From: Mobula hypostoma | Taxonomy: Eukaryota | Assembly (NCBI RefSeq): GCF_963921235.1 | Contig: NC_086100.1 | Coordinates: 118,050,001 to 118,114,000 of the forward strand | DNA length: 64,000 bases | Direction: 5' to 3' | Shown: positions 24,491-36,743 of the stretch, piece by piece | Position numbering within the stretch: position 1 is the stretch's first letter | Layout: each line of letters opens with the position of its first letter | Notes under the pieces: model-generated | What the model was told of the DNA's origin: nothing | Databases searched by the model: none | What the model saw: the letters and a program-made list of their open reading frames with translations, nothing else | Program-made: the position numbers and the translations under genes

Positions 24491-26670
24491 TGCTGGTAGA
24501 ATGTTTTGGTTTCTGGCTAAAGATAAGGAAGCAAATTGTTCAACTTAGGAATGTGGTGTCACCTAATCAGGATGGTGGAACCGTGAGAAGGTTCCAGAGA
24601 AAAATGAGTGAAGAGAGATTTGTGACAGGTTTGTAGCCCTTTGGTGGGAGATTAGGAGAAACACCCATGGGATTGGATCCTACAGGAAAATACAATTGCA
24701 AGGAGTGCTTAGTGAGATGAATAAGTCCAAATTGGGAAGCTCTACTGGTGATTGGTGATGAGAATTCAATGCCGTGAATAACAGTTATACCCAGCTTTTG
24801 GAAGAGATGAGTTCCAACAGTCATGTGCACAGTTAGATTGGTTTGACGGTAAAGGGACTTTTTATTGTTTTCTCTTTTTTTTCTTTTCTTTCTCAACTAT
24901 TTGATAAAGCAGAAATTAGTAAATGTATTTTCTTTATAATTTTATGTGGTGTATGATCTGTTATTTCTTGCTGACCGAAAAATGTGTATGGGCAGTATTT
25001 ATACAGCATTTGCTCCATGAAGGTTTCATTAATTGGAACATCTCAACTTTACGGTTTGGTTGAACAAAAATCATACCGATCCTGGACGTATATTGTTTAA
25101 AAGGTGGCCTCCTTACCACAGAGTCACACGGCTGTTAGAAGGGCTAGCTATCAAGTCAAGTTTGCATACAAACCCCGGTGAGAGGGTTACACAGCATCAT
25201 GCCTTTCCAAAGAACCCTGATGAGGCGAGTGTACCCAGGGGGACATCGCGGAGTGTATCACCAGCCTCCCTTGTGGCCTGCTCTGGGAAACACAAGACAC
25301 CGAAGCCGTGGGAGGACAGGCACCACTGACACCAACAATGCAAGAGGAGGACCAACGGGCCTCAACAATTGGTGCCACAAGCTCCACCCTGAAGCGACCC
25401 AGGTACGATGGTACCATCCTTGTCTGGCACAAGTCAAACTTGCCACATGGCACCATGGGTGGAGCCTCACCGAGACAGCGGAGTGGGATCGTCTGTGGAC
25501 CTCCTTGACCTAGCCAGCTGATCAGTGTGACTACAGGGCCCTTGCAGCAGTGCTGGAGCGGTGTTTTGAGCAGAGCCTATCAGAGGAAGCAATGAGGGAA
25601 GAGCTAGGCAGCAGGAAGAACCGTGTGGGAGAAAGCCTGGGGCGCTCGTGGCAGATCTCCATCACTGTGCTAGGTATGGCTACCCCCAGTTCCCTCCCAC
25701 AGCCCAGGAAGAGCTTGCCCTCCTCGTGTTTGTAAAGGCACTGACGTCAGAGCGCCTTCGGCAGAATGTTCGCCTGACATCACCATCATCACCGGTCGAG
25801 GTGCCGGCAGAGGCGGAGAGAGCAGAAGCAATTTTAGACTGCCAAGGCATTCCAGTGTCGCCCTGCACACCGCGAGCCTGGGCTTGTGTCAGTGAGGCAG
25901 AAGAGGAAACTAACGAGGAAGAGGCTGGTAGACAGGTCCGACCAGCCCTGACTCGAGCCGCTAAGCGAGCTCTGCTCGTGGTGTGGCAAGGCAGGTCACG
26001 CAGCCCAGACATGCCCCGCACCAGCACCACACCACAGCCCAGCGCAGCCATCACGATACACCGAATGACCGGTGGCACCCAAGACATGCAGCAGAATCCC
26101 TCCGTTGTCGCCTCTCCGGGTGGGTTGCTGGGGTGAAGAGCAAAGCTTATACATGGACTGTGTGGTGGATGGCATTGGGTGCCGTGCGTTGGTGAACACG
26201 GGGTCAACCATCACCATTATCCGTCCGGGTGTCCTCCCCAACACGGACCAGCCATCCCCGCCTGGGTGGACCATGACAGTAGTCCAGCTGGCTACGGTCA
26301 CTGGCGACTGCATGGTGATGAGAGGGAAGAGCTGGCTGCGCATCTCTGTGAGGAGAAGCACAGTGGAGCATGAGGTGTGGCTAGCCAACATCTGGGACTC
26401 CTGCATCATTCGCCTGGACCTGCTGTCCCACTCGGGACCCGCATGGATGTGCCGTGGCTCTCCAGCAGGGCAGCTCCAGAAAAGCAGACCGGGCAGGCAC
26501 AGCAACAACTACCGCTGGTCCCATAGTGGCCTACGGCAGTGCAGCACACCCCACAGCAAGACCCAGGGCAAGCATTGGTGGTGGCACTTCAGATGGCAGC
26601 CGGCCGCGAGATAGACCTCCCCACCCTAGACCAGCAGCTGCACAGTGAGCCAGTGAGCCTGGGTGAGGGG

Positions 26671-27216
26671 ATGGGTTGCCAACATTCTCACTCCCAAGTA
26701 AGATTCAAAAGTAGCAGTCAAATACGGGACACGTGTTTACCCCGAGAAAGACTATGATGACCATGGAGCCTTGCGCGGGCACTCGTGTGCGCATGCGTGA
26801 TGAGCACATACATGACATGTGCACGCATGTTCGTGCTAATTTTTTTTCTACAAATCGGTTTTGGTGATTCTGTTCAGTGAAAGTATACCATACATACATT
26901 ATTTCTACTGTATATAGGCTGTGTATTTATCATATCATTCCTGCTTTTACTATATGTTAGTGTTATTTTAGGTTTTATGTGTTATTTGGTATAATTTGGT
27001 AGATTATTTTTTGGGTCTGGGAACGCTGAAAAATTTTTCCCATATAAATTAATGGTAATTGCTTCTGCGCTTTACGCCATTTTGGCACGAAAGGTTTCAT
27101 AGGAACACTCTACCTTAGCGGGGGAAATACGGGACAAGGGCGGTCCCGTATGGGACAAACCAATTTAGCCTGATATACGGGATGTCCCAGCTAATACGGG
27201 ACAGTTGGCAACCCTA
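26671..27216. mobile_element. Non-autonomous hAT-type DNA transposon (MITE)
   Basis: TIRs GGGTTGCCAAC / GTTGGCAACCC(TA), 8-bp TSD GTGAGGGG (26663-26670 and 27217-27224), and repeated subterminal (A)TACGGGAC motifs. Confidence 0.85.
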
Positions 27217-28964
27217 GTGAGGGGATAGGTTAGCATGGAATGGTGGCTGAAATGGGCGGAGGTCTCCGCCCTGGATCAAAGGCCTATACACTCAGTGAGA
27301 CACGCTGGAGGCGCGCGACGGGTTGCTTTTCCGGTGGTGGCCGCTGTCCGATGGTGACAGATCTCTTACAGCTGGGGCTGAGGTCGGTGTGCAGGCTGGT
27401 GGGGGCCAGCCATTTTGGGGTCGCAAGGACACTGGGCAAGCTGCACGAACGCTTCTACTGGCCTGTGTACAGGCAGGACATGGAGCTGTTCATGCACTGC
27501 TGCGATGCTTGCATGTCCCAGAAGGGGCCGGGCCTGCCAGTCTGGGGCGCCAATGCGGCAGTGCCTGGTGCGGGCCCCAGTATGCGTCTACTGTCCTACC
27601 AGGAAGAAGAGACTATCCCTCAAGCTGGGAAGCCCTTGAAAGGAGCCGGAAGAAGTGCTCGACTGTATCTCTGATACAGTTCATTGCGTGCAGTTGCTTG
27701 AGCAGCGGAAGGCATTTGTGCTTCACTGGGACCAGCGGGCACCGTGCCGACCCTTTGCCACTACTGACTGAGTGAGGCTGAAGGAAGGTGATAACACTTC
27801 GGGTGCCCTGCTTCTTGCCTCATCAAACAGTGCCTCCCCTGGAGGTGCCTAGACACAACCCAGTGCCCAGGTAGCAGCGTCGACCGCCATTAGGAGTCTT
27901 GGACCTTGTTGTGGACTCTGGGGTTGCTGGGGACGGCTGACCCCTCAGGTGGGGGCAATGTAGAGCTCTGGGTGGGGGTGAGGGCGACAGCTTTCCCCAG
28001 CATTCCTGGAGGACAGCGCTACTTATTGTCCTTGGGTTAAAATGCATTTGTGGGATAATAATGGGATGTTCCAGTTCATTTATTGTTACACTTTAGCTTA
28101 GGTTAGATAGTTATTCGCTCATGTGTTTGTGGGTCACCCTGACTGTGACTAAGTGGGTTCTCTCCCTGGGTCTTAGCGCCTGGTTCGCATAAAGCTAAGC
28201 TAAATGAGCTTCTTTTGTCAATCATCAGAGATCAGAAGCTCACCACGATTCTTGACCCATTGGCAGGAAACAAGGATTAGAGTCCGGCAATGAAGGATAG
28301 GACTGGAGGCAGGGGTGGAAATCATAGCTCATTGTGCCTCTACTGTTCCTATTCTTCCCTCTGATTTTGTCTCAAAATTTGTTACAAAATTAACTATTTT
28401 CTTCGGTGATAAATTTAAGCCTGACTTCATTGTGCTCATAATAAAATCACAGAACATAATTTCAAATCAGATGATTTCTTTATCAATTAATTTTCTCAGA
28501 ATTGGCAGCATCATCTGCTAGGCATTATATATTTGTGCTGACCCATGAGGTTTCCTTTATGTGGCCCTTGTGTGGTTACTATCGTTGTGCTTCCTGCTTC
28601 TCTGCATTTTGTGGCTACAGCAACAATAATTGTGGACTTCCTGCCAAATCATTTGCCTCTTGCTTTATTCCCTGGTCCTGTCCTCTTCATTCACTTGGGA
28701 AGGTTCTGCTTTTGAAGGTGCTCTAATAATCATTTACATAGAAAGCTGGCACAGAGCATTTGAAAATACCTTAGCCATTTCATTTTGCTCATTCAGTTGC
28801 TATGACTAACCACGATTCGTCTGCATTTAGCCAGTTCAGCATAAGCAATGTGACTTCCAACCATCTCTCCTGTCCCATCCCTGGCTGCCAAAAACACTTG
28901 CTATTAAACCTCTCATCAAATCCACGCAAAGGGATATACTGATGGCCAACAAAAAGTACATGAG

Positions 28965-29082
28965 ATTCAGCAAGTACTGGAAGTCCAGATCAACACACTC
29001 AAAACGCTGGAGGAACTTAGCAGGCCAGGCAGCCTCTATGGAGAGGAATGAACAGTCAGCATTTCCGGTCAAGACCCTTCAA
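28965..29082 (-). mobile_element. Older PLE pseudo-LTR fragment
   Basis: Minus strand TGAAGGGTCTTGACCGGAAATGCTGACTG…GCTGCCTGGCCTGCT: a decayed hammerhead plus PLE terminus. Confidence 0.6.
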
Positions 29083-29179
29083 TAACATTTGGACAATAAG
29101 GACAATGGCCAATAATATTTTTAAACTTATCAATGAGTTGGATCTGTCCAGGATTTGTTGCTACTGAAGAAGATGATAT

Positions 29180-29610
29180 TCAGAATCAGAGTCAGGTTCA
29201 TTACACTGACATAAGTTGTGAAGTTTGCTGTTTGGTGGCAGCAGTGCAGTGTACTACATAAAAATTTATGGTAAGTACAATAAGACATCACTGAAATTTC
29301 TCTTTAGCTGACTGGAGATGCCTTGTTGTGACAGAATTTACTGTATTTCTTCAAGGAGTCTGCTCTCAGGCATGTGCGATATATGGCATGTTTATTGAAA
29401 GTGGCTGAGCACGAGAGCAAGATATTCCAGTCATGGTCATGGGCTATTCAGAGATTTGTTGGTGAAGGGGAGAAGCTGTTCCTAACAAGTTGAGTGCGCA
29501 TCTTCAGGCTCCTGTACCTCCTCCTAATAGTAGCAATGAGAAGAGGGCATGTTATGGATGGCGAGTATTATTACTAATGAATCCTGCCTTCTTGACGCAC
29601 TGCCATTTGA
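29180..29610 (-). mobile_element. Rex1/Babar-like 3' fragment
   Basis: CTGACT/CTGAAT tail and HALFSLLL…RRYRSLK remnant. Confidence 0.6.
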
Positions 29611-29729
29611 AGCAGAAGGTTGAGCTGTTTACTTGAATGACCACAGTCCTATTAATGAAGAAGTTTCCATCGTTGTGTTAGAAAGGGAGTTGCAAAATCT
29701 TGACCCAACAATGGGGTTAAACTTTAGAT

Positions 29730-29960
29730 CATAAGACATAGGAGCAGAATTAGGCCATTTGGCCCACTAAGTCTGCTCTGCCATTTCTTCATGGCTGATC
29801 CAATTTTCCTCTCAGCCCAAGCCTCCTGCCTTCTCCCTGTATCCCTTCATGCCCTGACCAATCAAGAATCTATCAACCTCTGCCTTAAGTATACATAAAG
29901 AGTTGGCCTCCACAGCTGCCTGTGGCAAAGAATTCCACAGATTCACCACTGGCTGGCTTA
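29730..29960 (-). mobile_element. CR1 3' end fragment
   Basis: Minus strand VVNLWNSLPQ and a 3' UTR like that at 18350-18560. Confidence 0.8.
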
Positions 29961-30239
29961 AAAAAGAACTTCTATTGCATTGTTCAGAATGAACAGTCGG
30001 TCTTCTTTTGCATTAATAAGCTTCTGATACCTTATACATATGCAATAATGGCACCTTCTGCAATAAATTTGATTTCTATGAACAATATGCCATTTAATCT
30101 GCATACTGAGATGACATTTATTGTATTACTGCCAATTATTGTTAAAATCTTTCAATTTTTAAATATTACAATCGAATTACATTCTTTGGTAAGTTTAGAA
30201 ATTCATCCATGGTAGGGATGAATTCACCGTCATAGGTGA

Positions 30240-30720
30240 AGCCCCCCCTACACAGAGCATTGTCACAGGAAAGCAGCAGCCATTGTCAGAGACCCTAAAC
30301 ACGCAGGCCAAACTGCTCTCAACTTCACTTGTTCCATCACTGAACTGATCCCACAACCTATGGACTCACTTTCAAGGGCTCTTCTCTCATGTTCTTTATA
30401 TTTATTGCTCACTTATTATTACTATTTCTTTTTTTCTTCTTTCTTTTGGTATTTGCATAGTTTGTTGTCCTTTGCACACTGATTGGTGCAGTCCTTCGTT
30501 GATTCTATTGTTTTTGATACCTATTGTTTATTTATTATTATTATGTCTTTTTTTGTATTTGCACAGTCTGTTGTCTTTTGCCCACTGGTGGTCTGTCCGT
30601 GCTATTGGAAGCGGTCTCTCATTGATTTTATTATGTTTCTTAAATATACTGAGCATGCCTGCAAGAAAGTGAATCTCAGGGTTCTAAATGGTGACAGGGT
30701 TCTTTATACTTTATATGAAT
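30240..30720 (+). mobile_element. Rex1/Babar-like 3' fragment, mostly 3' UTR
   Basis: RKAAAIVRDP remnant. 3' UTR resembles the reverse complement of 7066-7330. Confidence 0.55.
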
Positions 30721-31418
30721 CTATAGGCAAGTATTTGCTGTAACAATTTTCATTTGTTAAAACATTTTGAAAATATTCTGCTGTTGGAACCTGTTAAATA
30801 TTCTTTGTTTTGTTTATAGACCAAATAATGGTCCTGTGATTTGACATATAAATAGTTTCCAAAACATTGCGTGAAAAAATGTGATTTTTCTACAATAGTC
30901 ATGAAATGCCTTGCCCTCTTTCACTGTTAGTTTCACATTGCTACATTGGTTGCTAGCTTCATGGCACTTTCTGTTGCTAAGCTAAGAGTTCACTTTGCTC
31001 TGCAATGCCCCACTCGAAGCTGAATGTTTGCAATGCTAATTATATCTTTGTCAGTGAAAGGAATACCAAAGCTGCTAACCACTGGTGTTCAACCATTTAA
31101 ACAGCAGTAAGTCCTGGACCCATGAGCATTATATTTGGAAATTACCACCAGAATCCAATGCCAGGACAGATCTGAAACAAGATATGATAGCCCATTGAAT
31201 TAGATGGAGAATTTAGTGCCACAGTTTCAGATTTAATTTAATTAATTGCTCTGGTGATTTTCATTTTTTATGCATTTCAGGTGCTTTTAGGCAACTTTTT
31301 ATTTTTATTTTATTTTGAAAATGTTTGATGATTTTTGTCTTACTTTATATTTTAATTGTAACAGTTTTCAGGTGATCTGAAGGACGATTAAGAGCCCTGA
31401 GGTTTGACATTTAACACA

Positions 31419-31827
31419 TAAACACGAGGAATTCTGCAGATGCTGAAAATTCAAGCAACACACATCAAAGTTGCTGGTGAACCCAGCAGGCCAGGCAGCA
31501 TCTCTATGAAGCGGTACAGTCGACGTTTCGGGCCGAGACTCTTCATCAGGACTAACTGAAGGAAGAGCTTCTCCCTGGGCCTCCTGTCCCATGATCCGCT
31601 CATATCCCTTTTGCCAATCACCTGTCCAGCTCTTGGCTCCATCCCTCCCCCTCCTGTCTTCTCCTATCACTTTGGATCTCCCCCTCCCCCTCCCACTTTC
31701 AAATCTCTTACTAACTCTTCCTTCAGTTAGTCCTGACGAAGGGTCTCGGCCTGAAACATCGACTGTACCTCTTCCTAGAGATGCTGCCTGGCCTGCTGCG
31801 TTCACCAGCAACTTTGATGTGTGTTGC
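31419..31827. mobile_element. Fold-back (inverted) PLE pseudo-LTR pair with 15-bp TSD
   Basis: Minus arm ~31419-31567 and plus arm ~31570-31827. TTGACATTTAACACA at 31404-31418 and 31828-31842. Hammerheads at 31517-31554 (-) and 31728-31765 (+). Confidence 0.9.
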
Positions 31828-32949
31828 TTGACATTTAACACAGTTGGGATTGTGCTTTGCTGACTGTGAAAACCTGCAAATAGTGTTTTGGGGGCAGAAC
31901 AACCTCACATGTTGTTTATCATTACATTTGGGCTGCTGAGGCCGGTATTTACTGCCTACCCCTAATTGCCCCTGAGCAGCTGACATTGAGTTACCATCTC
32001 GGACTACTGAGCCCTTCTGTTTCCACAGTGGCGTTGTGTAGAGAGTTTGAGGAATTAGATCCAATTATGATGAAAGAACGAATACGTATTTCCAACTAAT
32101 AATGGTGCACAAATAGTAGAAGAACTTGCAGTGGTGATGCTCCCATGCACCAGCTTGCTTTGTCGTTTTTGTCTTGGAGGTCAAGAGTTTCGCAGCAGCA
32201 GAGCCTCTAGAAGCTCTGGTCACACCACTGGACTCCAGGATGCAGTCAGTCAATAACGTTGACACTTCATATCCAAGCCAAGATAATATTCTGCAGTTGT
32301 GGTGCAGTGATCTTGGACAACATGCAAGGGTTTATGACATTTTTAAAAAATCAGTGGTTTTTATAAAGTTATACAGTATTCATCATAATCTATTGGTGGC
32401 ATTGGAACATAAATAGAGGGACAGAAATGAACTATTCAGCCCCTCAATGCTGATCCATTCAATTAGATCTTGGGTAATTATAATTAACACCCGTTATGTG
32501 ATTTTGTTCCATATCCTTTGATATCAATACAGAGTAAAAATTCTGATGGTCCATCTAAATCAGAAACAATTCTGGTTTGCATAGCATCAATCCTAAGGGA
32601 GTGAATTCCATATTTCTGCCATTCATACTGAAATGGGCTTCCTGATCCACTATAAGCGTTTGTCTTTAATTTTAGGGTTTCATAGCTTTGTTCCTTATCC
32701 AGTAATTTGAGGAAATAACTGTCTAGATGTATCTTATTAAATATGATGAGCATTCCTTCATAAAATTGAACAAAGTGATAGAAAATTAAATGGAAAACTC
32801 TGGGCAGGAGTCTGATCAGTTGGAGTATCTCAGAGAATCGAACCTTTGGTCCCATTGGAACATGACAAGGATGATACTCAATTGTAAAGGTGCTGATGCT
32901 CACATTTAGCACTATATTCTGCCCGTGTGAAGATGCCTGTAAAGAATTT

Positions 32950-33366
32950 GATAAAGGACTATATAATATTTAGTTGTTGCAGTTAACTTCTTCATGTCTG
33001 CTTGTATTTTATGTAATTACCTAAATACATGTAATTGTTCTGTGCGTTCTCTAGTGTATTACACTTCTTTGTATCAATCTGAAAGCGTTATTGATATCAC
33101 ATTATTTGAATAGGGGATATCTAAATAGTCATCTCTTATTTACAAATTTGAATGGAATATCTCTTATCTATGATTTAAGAAGAGCTGAGCACATTGGGTC
33201 ACCATCATTTTCTGTTCTTTGTTCTTAGCCACTAAACTTTTGCTATTTTCCATTCCCAATTCCTTTGATCACTTAGCACTTAATAAAATAATTGGGAAAA
33301 AAAACATTTTAGGTCTCTTTCTTGACTTCCAAAAGAACCTTTGATCAAAGATATCAGAGTCCAACA
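32950..33366 (+). repeat. ERV 5' LTR (start approximate)
   Basis: Aligns by eye to 38099-38468. AATAAA at 33282-33287. Ends TCCAACA three bases before the PBS. Confidence 0.8.
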
Positions 33367-33369
33367 ATC

Positions 33370-33387
33370 TGGCATAGTCAGCAAGAA
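33370..33387 (+). promoter_or_regulatory. ERV primer-binding site, tRNA-Ser type
   Basis: TGGCATAGTCAGCAAGAA matches TGGCGTAGTCGGCAGGAT (complement of the vertebrate tRNA-Ser 3' end) at 14/18. Two of the mismatches are CpG decays. Confidence 0.75.
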
Positions 33388-33794
33388 TGGTTGTGAAGAT
33401 TTAAGGACACAGAAGGAATCCAGGTGAAGTGAAAAGGAGGTAAGAACTTCCTCAGATTTCAAATTGTCTGAGAGAATTGATACATTCTGCTTCAATACAC
33501 CATCTGGTGGAAATGCAGAAGTGAGGAAACTACTATACGTTGCTATTTTGAAAAACAGATCTGTCAGTTGCAATCTATTGTAACTTTGGTTGCACGGCAA
33601 TCTATTTAAACTTCAGTTGCAGTCTAGTGGAATTTCAGACTGCAGTCAAAGTAATAAAAAGTACGTACACATGAAGTGTTGCACAAGATTGGATAAAGGC
33701 AATGTCCAAGATCATGAAACTGAGATCTTACTGAAGTAAGCATTTAAGTTTGATAAGATGAATGAAAAAAACATATGAAAAATACCATCAATTT

Positions 33795-33930
33795 ATTAAG
33801 AAGGCATGTGATAAGGGACTGCAGCGGTTTCAAGAAAGCAGCTCATCACCACCTTCTCAAGGGCAACTAGGGAAGGGCAGTAAATGCTGGCTGAGCTGGC
33901 GATGCCCACATCCTGTAAATGAATAAGTAA
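33795..33930 (+). mobile_element. Short non-LTR retroposon 3' tail inserted in the ERV leader/gag region (family not assigned)
   Basis: CAGCTCATCACCACCTTCTCAAGGGCAACTAGGG…GCCCACATCC followed by an A-rich tail. More GC-rich than its surroundings. Confidence 0.45.
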
Positions 33931-34489
33931 AAAAAAGATCCAGAGAAAGCCTGAAGGGATGGGAAAAAACTGGAATATATGAGTTAGAGATACAAACATG
34001 TGGTCAGCTTGATTGAACGTGTGAACAAGTGAAAAAAACATAATGGGGCAAATGAAGGAATTAACTAATCGATTGAGATAGAAAGTTGAAATGTGTGATA
34101 AACTACATAAACAGTATGATAGAGACAGTAAATGGTCTAAAGAGCAAATCTCTGCACAAACTGAACAATTGAAAAAACATAATAATTGTAATCGAATTGA
34201 AGTGCATTGCATGGAGCTTCAAGACCAACTGAAACAATATGAGAAAGGTCAGGAAGTTGGCGGTCCTGTCAGTGACACTTCTCCTTGGAAAATACTCCCT
34301 ACGTCAACCATTGCTCCAATACAGTGCCGCCATCTGAACCCTGGGGAATTACAGGATGGATATGACAAGAACTCCACAATGGCCTCTAGTGACTCAAGTG
34401 CTGAAGCAATAGGATTGGTAGATATGTCACAGCTTGCTCCAGTAAAAACCAAAGAAGGGAAGACACATCGGACTGAAGAAAGAACCTAT

Positions 34490-36640
34490 GCAAGGAAACT
34501 CACAGTGGGCTACCAGGCTGCTAATCAATGTATTGACAAGCTAACCCCTCTGGTGGCAGATCCATCAACTGTTTTCAATGCCCTGAAGCCATTGCACAAT
34601 TGACATCACAGTGGTTTACAGTTATTGATATGTCCAATGGATTCTGATGCAAACCACTAGTGTCTGAATGTCAACTATGGTTGGCTTTCACAGTTGATGG
34701 TCAACAAGGCCAGTGGATGGGGCTACCACAAGGGCTCCAGCACTGTCCCACTGTCTACGACATGGCTTTGTGACAACACCTGAGAGACTTACCAACCACT
34801 GATCGGGCTATCATACAATATGTGGATGATGTTCTTAATTCATCTGAAGCTGTGAACCAGCATGAACATGATGCGATTTATTTGCTTGATTATTTATCCT
34901 CCAAGGGTTACAAAGCAAATCTAGTCAAGGCACAATTGCAGCAAGGAGTAATTTACTTGGGACAGAAAATTTCCCAAGGTAAGCAGGAAATCATTGAGGA
35001 TCCTGCAAAAGCCATTAAGTTAGTAAAACCTACTTCAACAGTCCATCAACTTCGATCATTTCTGTAACTACAACAGAGCATGGGTCGATTCATAAACTGA
35101 AATTGCCCAGCCACTCAAAAATCTGCTGAAAGGCAGTAAGCAGTCAGATGACTCTGTGACTCTTAATGAAGAACAACTGAGAGTGTTTCAAACTTTAAAG
35201 TTACAGCTGAATTCGGAGTCCTTAATACAGGTAAACTATTTACACTGTATGTCAACGAAAAATACATGATGGCAGTCTTAACTCAGGAACGTGAAAATGG
35301 ACAGCATCCATTTGGTTATTACTCAGCCATTGAGATAGGAATTCAAATGGCTGGACGAGCCAAAGTTTCAGAAACATCAGGAAGCATGGGTCCTGGTCCC
35401 TCTGAGAGCTCTGATTGAAGCGTATAAGATGGCAGAGGGAAAATCAGCTAATATCTACACCGATACACAATATGCTTTTGGAGTTGTTCATGATTTTGAA
35501 AATTTGTGAAGATGAAGGGGATTTCTTACAACTGTAGGAGACCCAATCAAGAATGGCCAACTAGTGCAAGAACTCACAAATGCTATACAATTGCCGCCAG
35601 AGGTAGTTTTATTAAAATGTAAAGAATAATCAAAAAGACTACAATGGAAAGTCATGGAAATTCATTCATAGATAAAATTGTGGAAAAAAGCAGCATGGGA
35701 AGGTGTAAAAATAATAAAAGAAGTCACAGGAGTGTTAAAGTTCAAAGAGTTAAAAGAAGTATGGTACAAAGGACATGTGCCGTGAGCCCAGTCACTGAAA
35801 TTATGGAAACAAATCTTGGATTTGTGGAAAAGCTACCCCAACTAAGTGCTCATGCCCTACCAGGTCCATTTTTATACTTACAAGCGGACTACGTTACTTT
35901 GCCAAGATGGATGAAGGCTATTCCAGCGAGGATAGCCACAGCCACACACACTGCAAGAACTCTTGGCAAGGACTATATTCCGAGATGGGGGTTGCCATGT
36001 GACATCAACTCTGACCAAGGAACACACCTAACTTGTAAAGTTTGTCAGGAATGATGTCGACTGATGAACATTGAATGGTCTTTCTATCGTCCACATCACC
36101 CAGAGTCATCAAGTCAAATGAATGAGTGGAACCATCCAACAACAACTGACTGAGTATCACGAGGAAGGCGTACCATGGCATGGCCTATGGATCTTCCTCT
36201 GGTCTTATGTAGCATCAGAGCAAGAGCAACCCCAAACAAAAAAAAACTAAACTTAGTCCATTTGAGGTAATAACAGGTCATTGAGGTAATAACAATCCTA
36301 TGTCACTGCCAGAAGCTCTTGATCTCAGAGAGGCTGTTATACACATTATGGCAGAGAGTCAGTTAACTATAGTGTGAAATTAACCCAAGCTGTCTAGTCT
36401 ACTTCTCAACAGGTTTCTGTCACTTGGAATGACCCAGTAGAGGGAGGGCGCACCCAGATTCCTGGTGAATAGATCTTGGTTAAGAAACTACTTAAGGAAA
36501 CACTGGGAACTGGATGGGAAGGTCCATATCAGGTGTTGTTAATTACTAACTTGGTGGTGAAGGTAGAAAGTAAAAGTACATAGAGCCTCTCAATATGACA
36601 GCAAGCAAGCTAAAGTGGTGCCTGATGAGGGAAAAAAAGC
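34490..36640 (+). pseudogene. pol: ERV pol (RT-RNase H-integrase), many stops, frameshifts and deletions
   Basis: WFTVIDMSNGF, LPQG (34723-34734), IIQYVDD (YVDD 34819-34830), VIYLGQKISQG, ANIYTDTQYAFGVVHDF…GFLT…PIKNG, IPRWGLPCDINSDQGTH, WEGPYQVLL. Confidence 0.9.
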
Positions 36641-36743
36641 ACTGCAAGTAACCTCTGACTCGGTACCTCCATTGCTGGGTTACAGTGGGCAAATCACTAA
36701 CCAGCCAGGAGACTTCAAAAAGAGTTGACAACTATTGGACATC

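Larger units (their letters stand above)
24180..28190 (+). mobile_element. Internally deleted Gypsy element (LTR-gag-protease-integrase remnant-LTR)
   Basis: Direct repeat between ~24200-24355 and ~27985-28135. Zinc knuckle CSWCGKAGHAAQTC (~25972-26015), protease ALVNTGSTITII, integrase Zn-finger remnant HFGVARTL…FYWP…CDAC. PPT-like GGGGGCAA precedes TG at 27959. No RT seen. Confidence 0.8.

Noticed and set aside
31368..31863. Recurring ORFs (…RDAAWPAAFTSNFDVCC… / …VDVSGRDPSSG…) as a gene family
   Set aside because: They are translations of the non-coding PLE pseudo-LTR on both strands.
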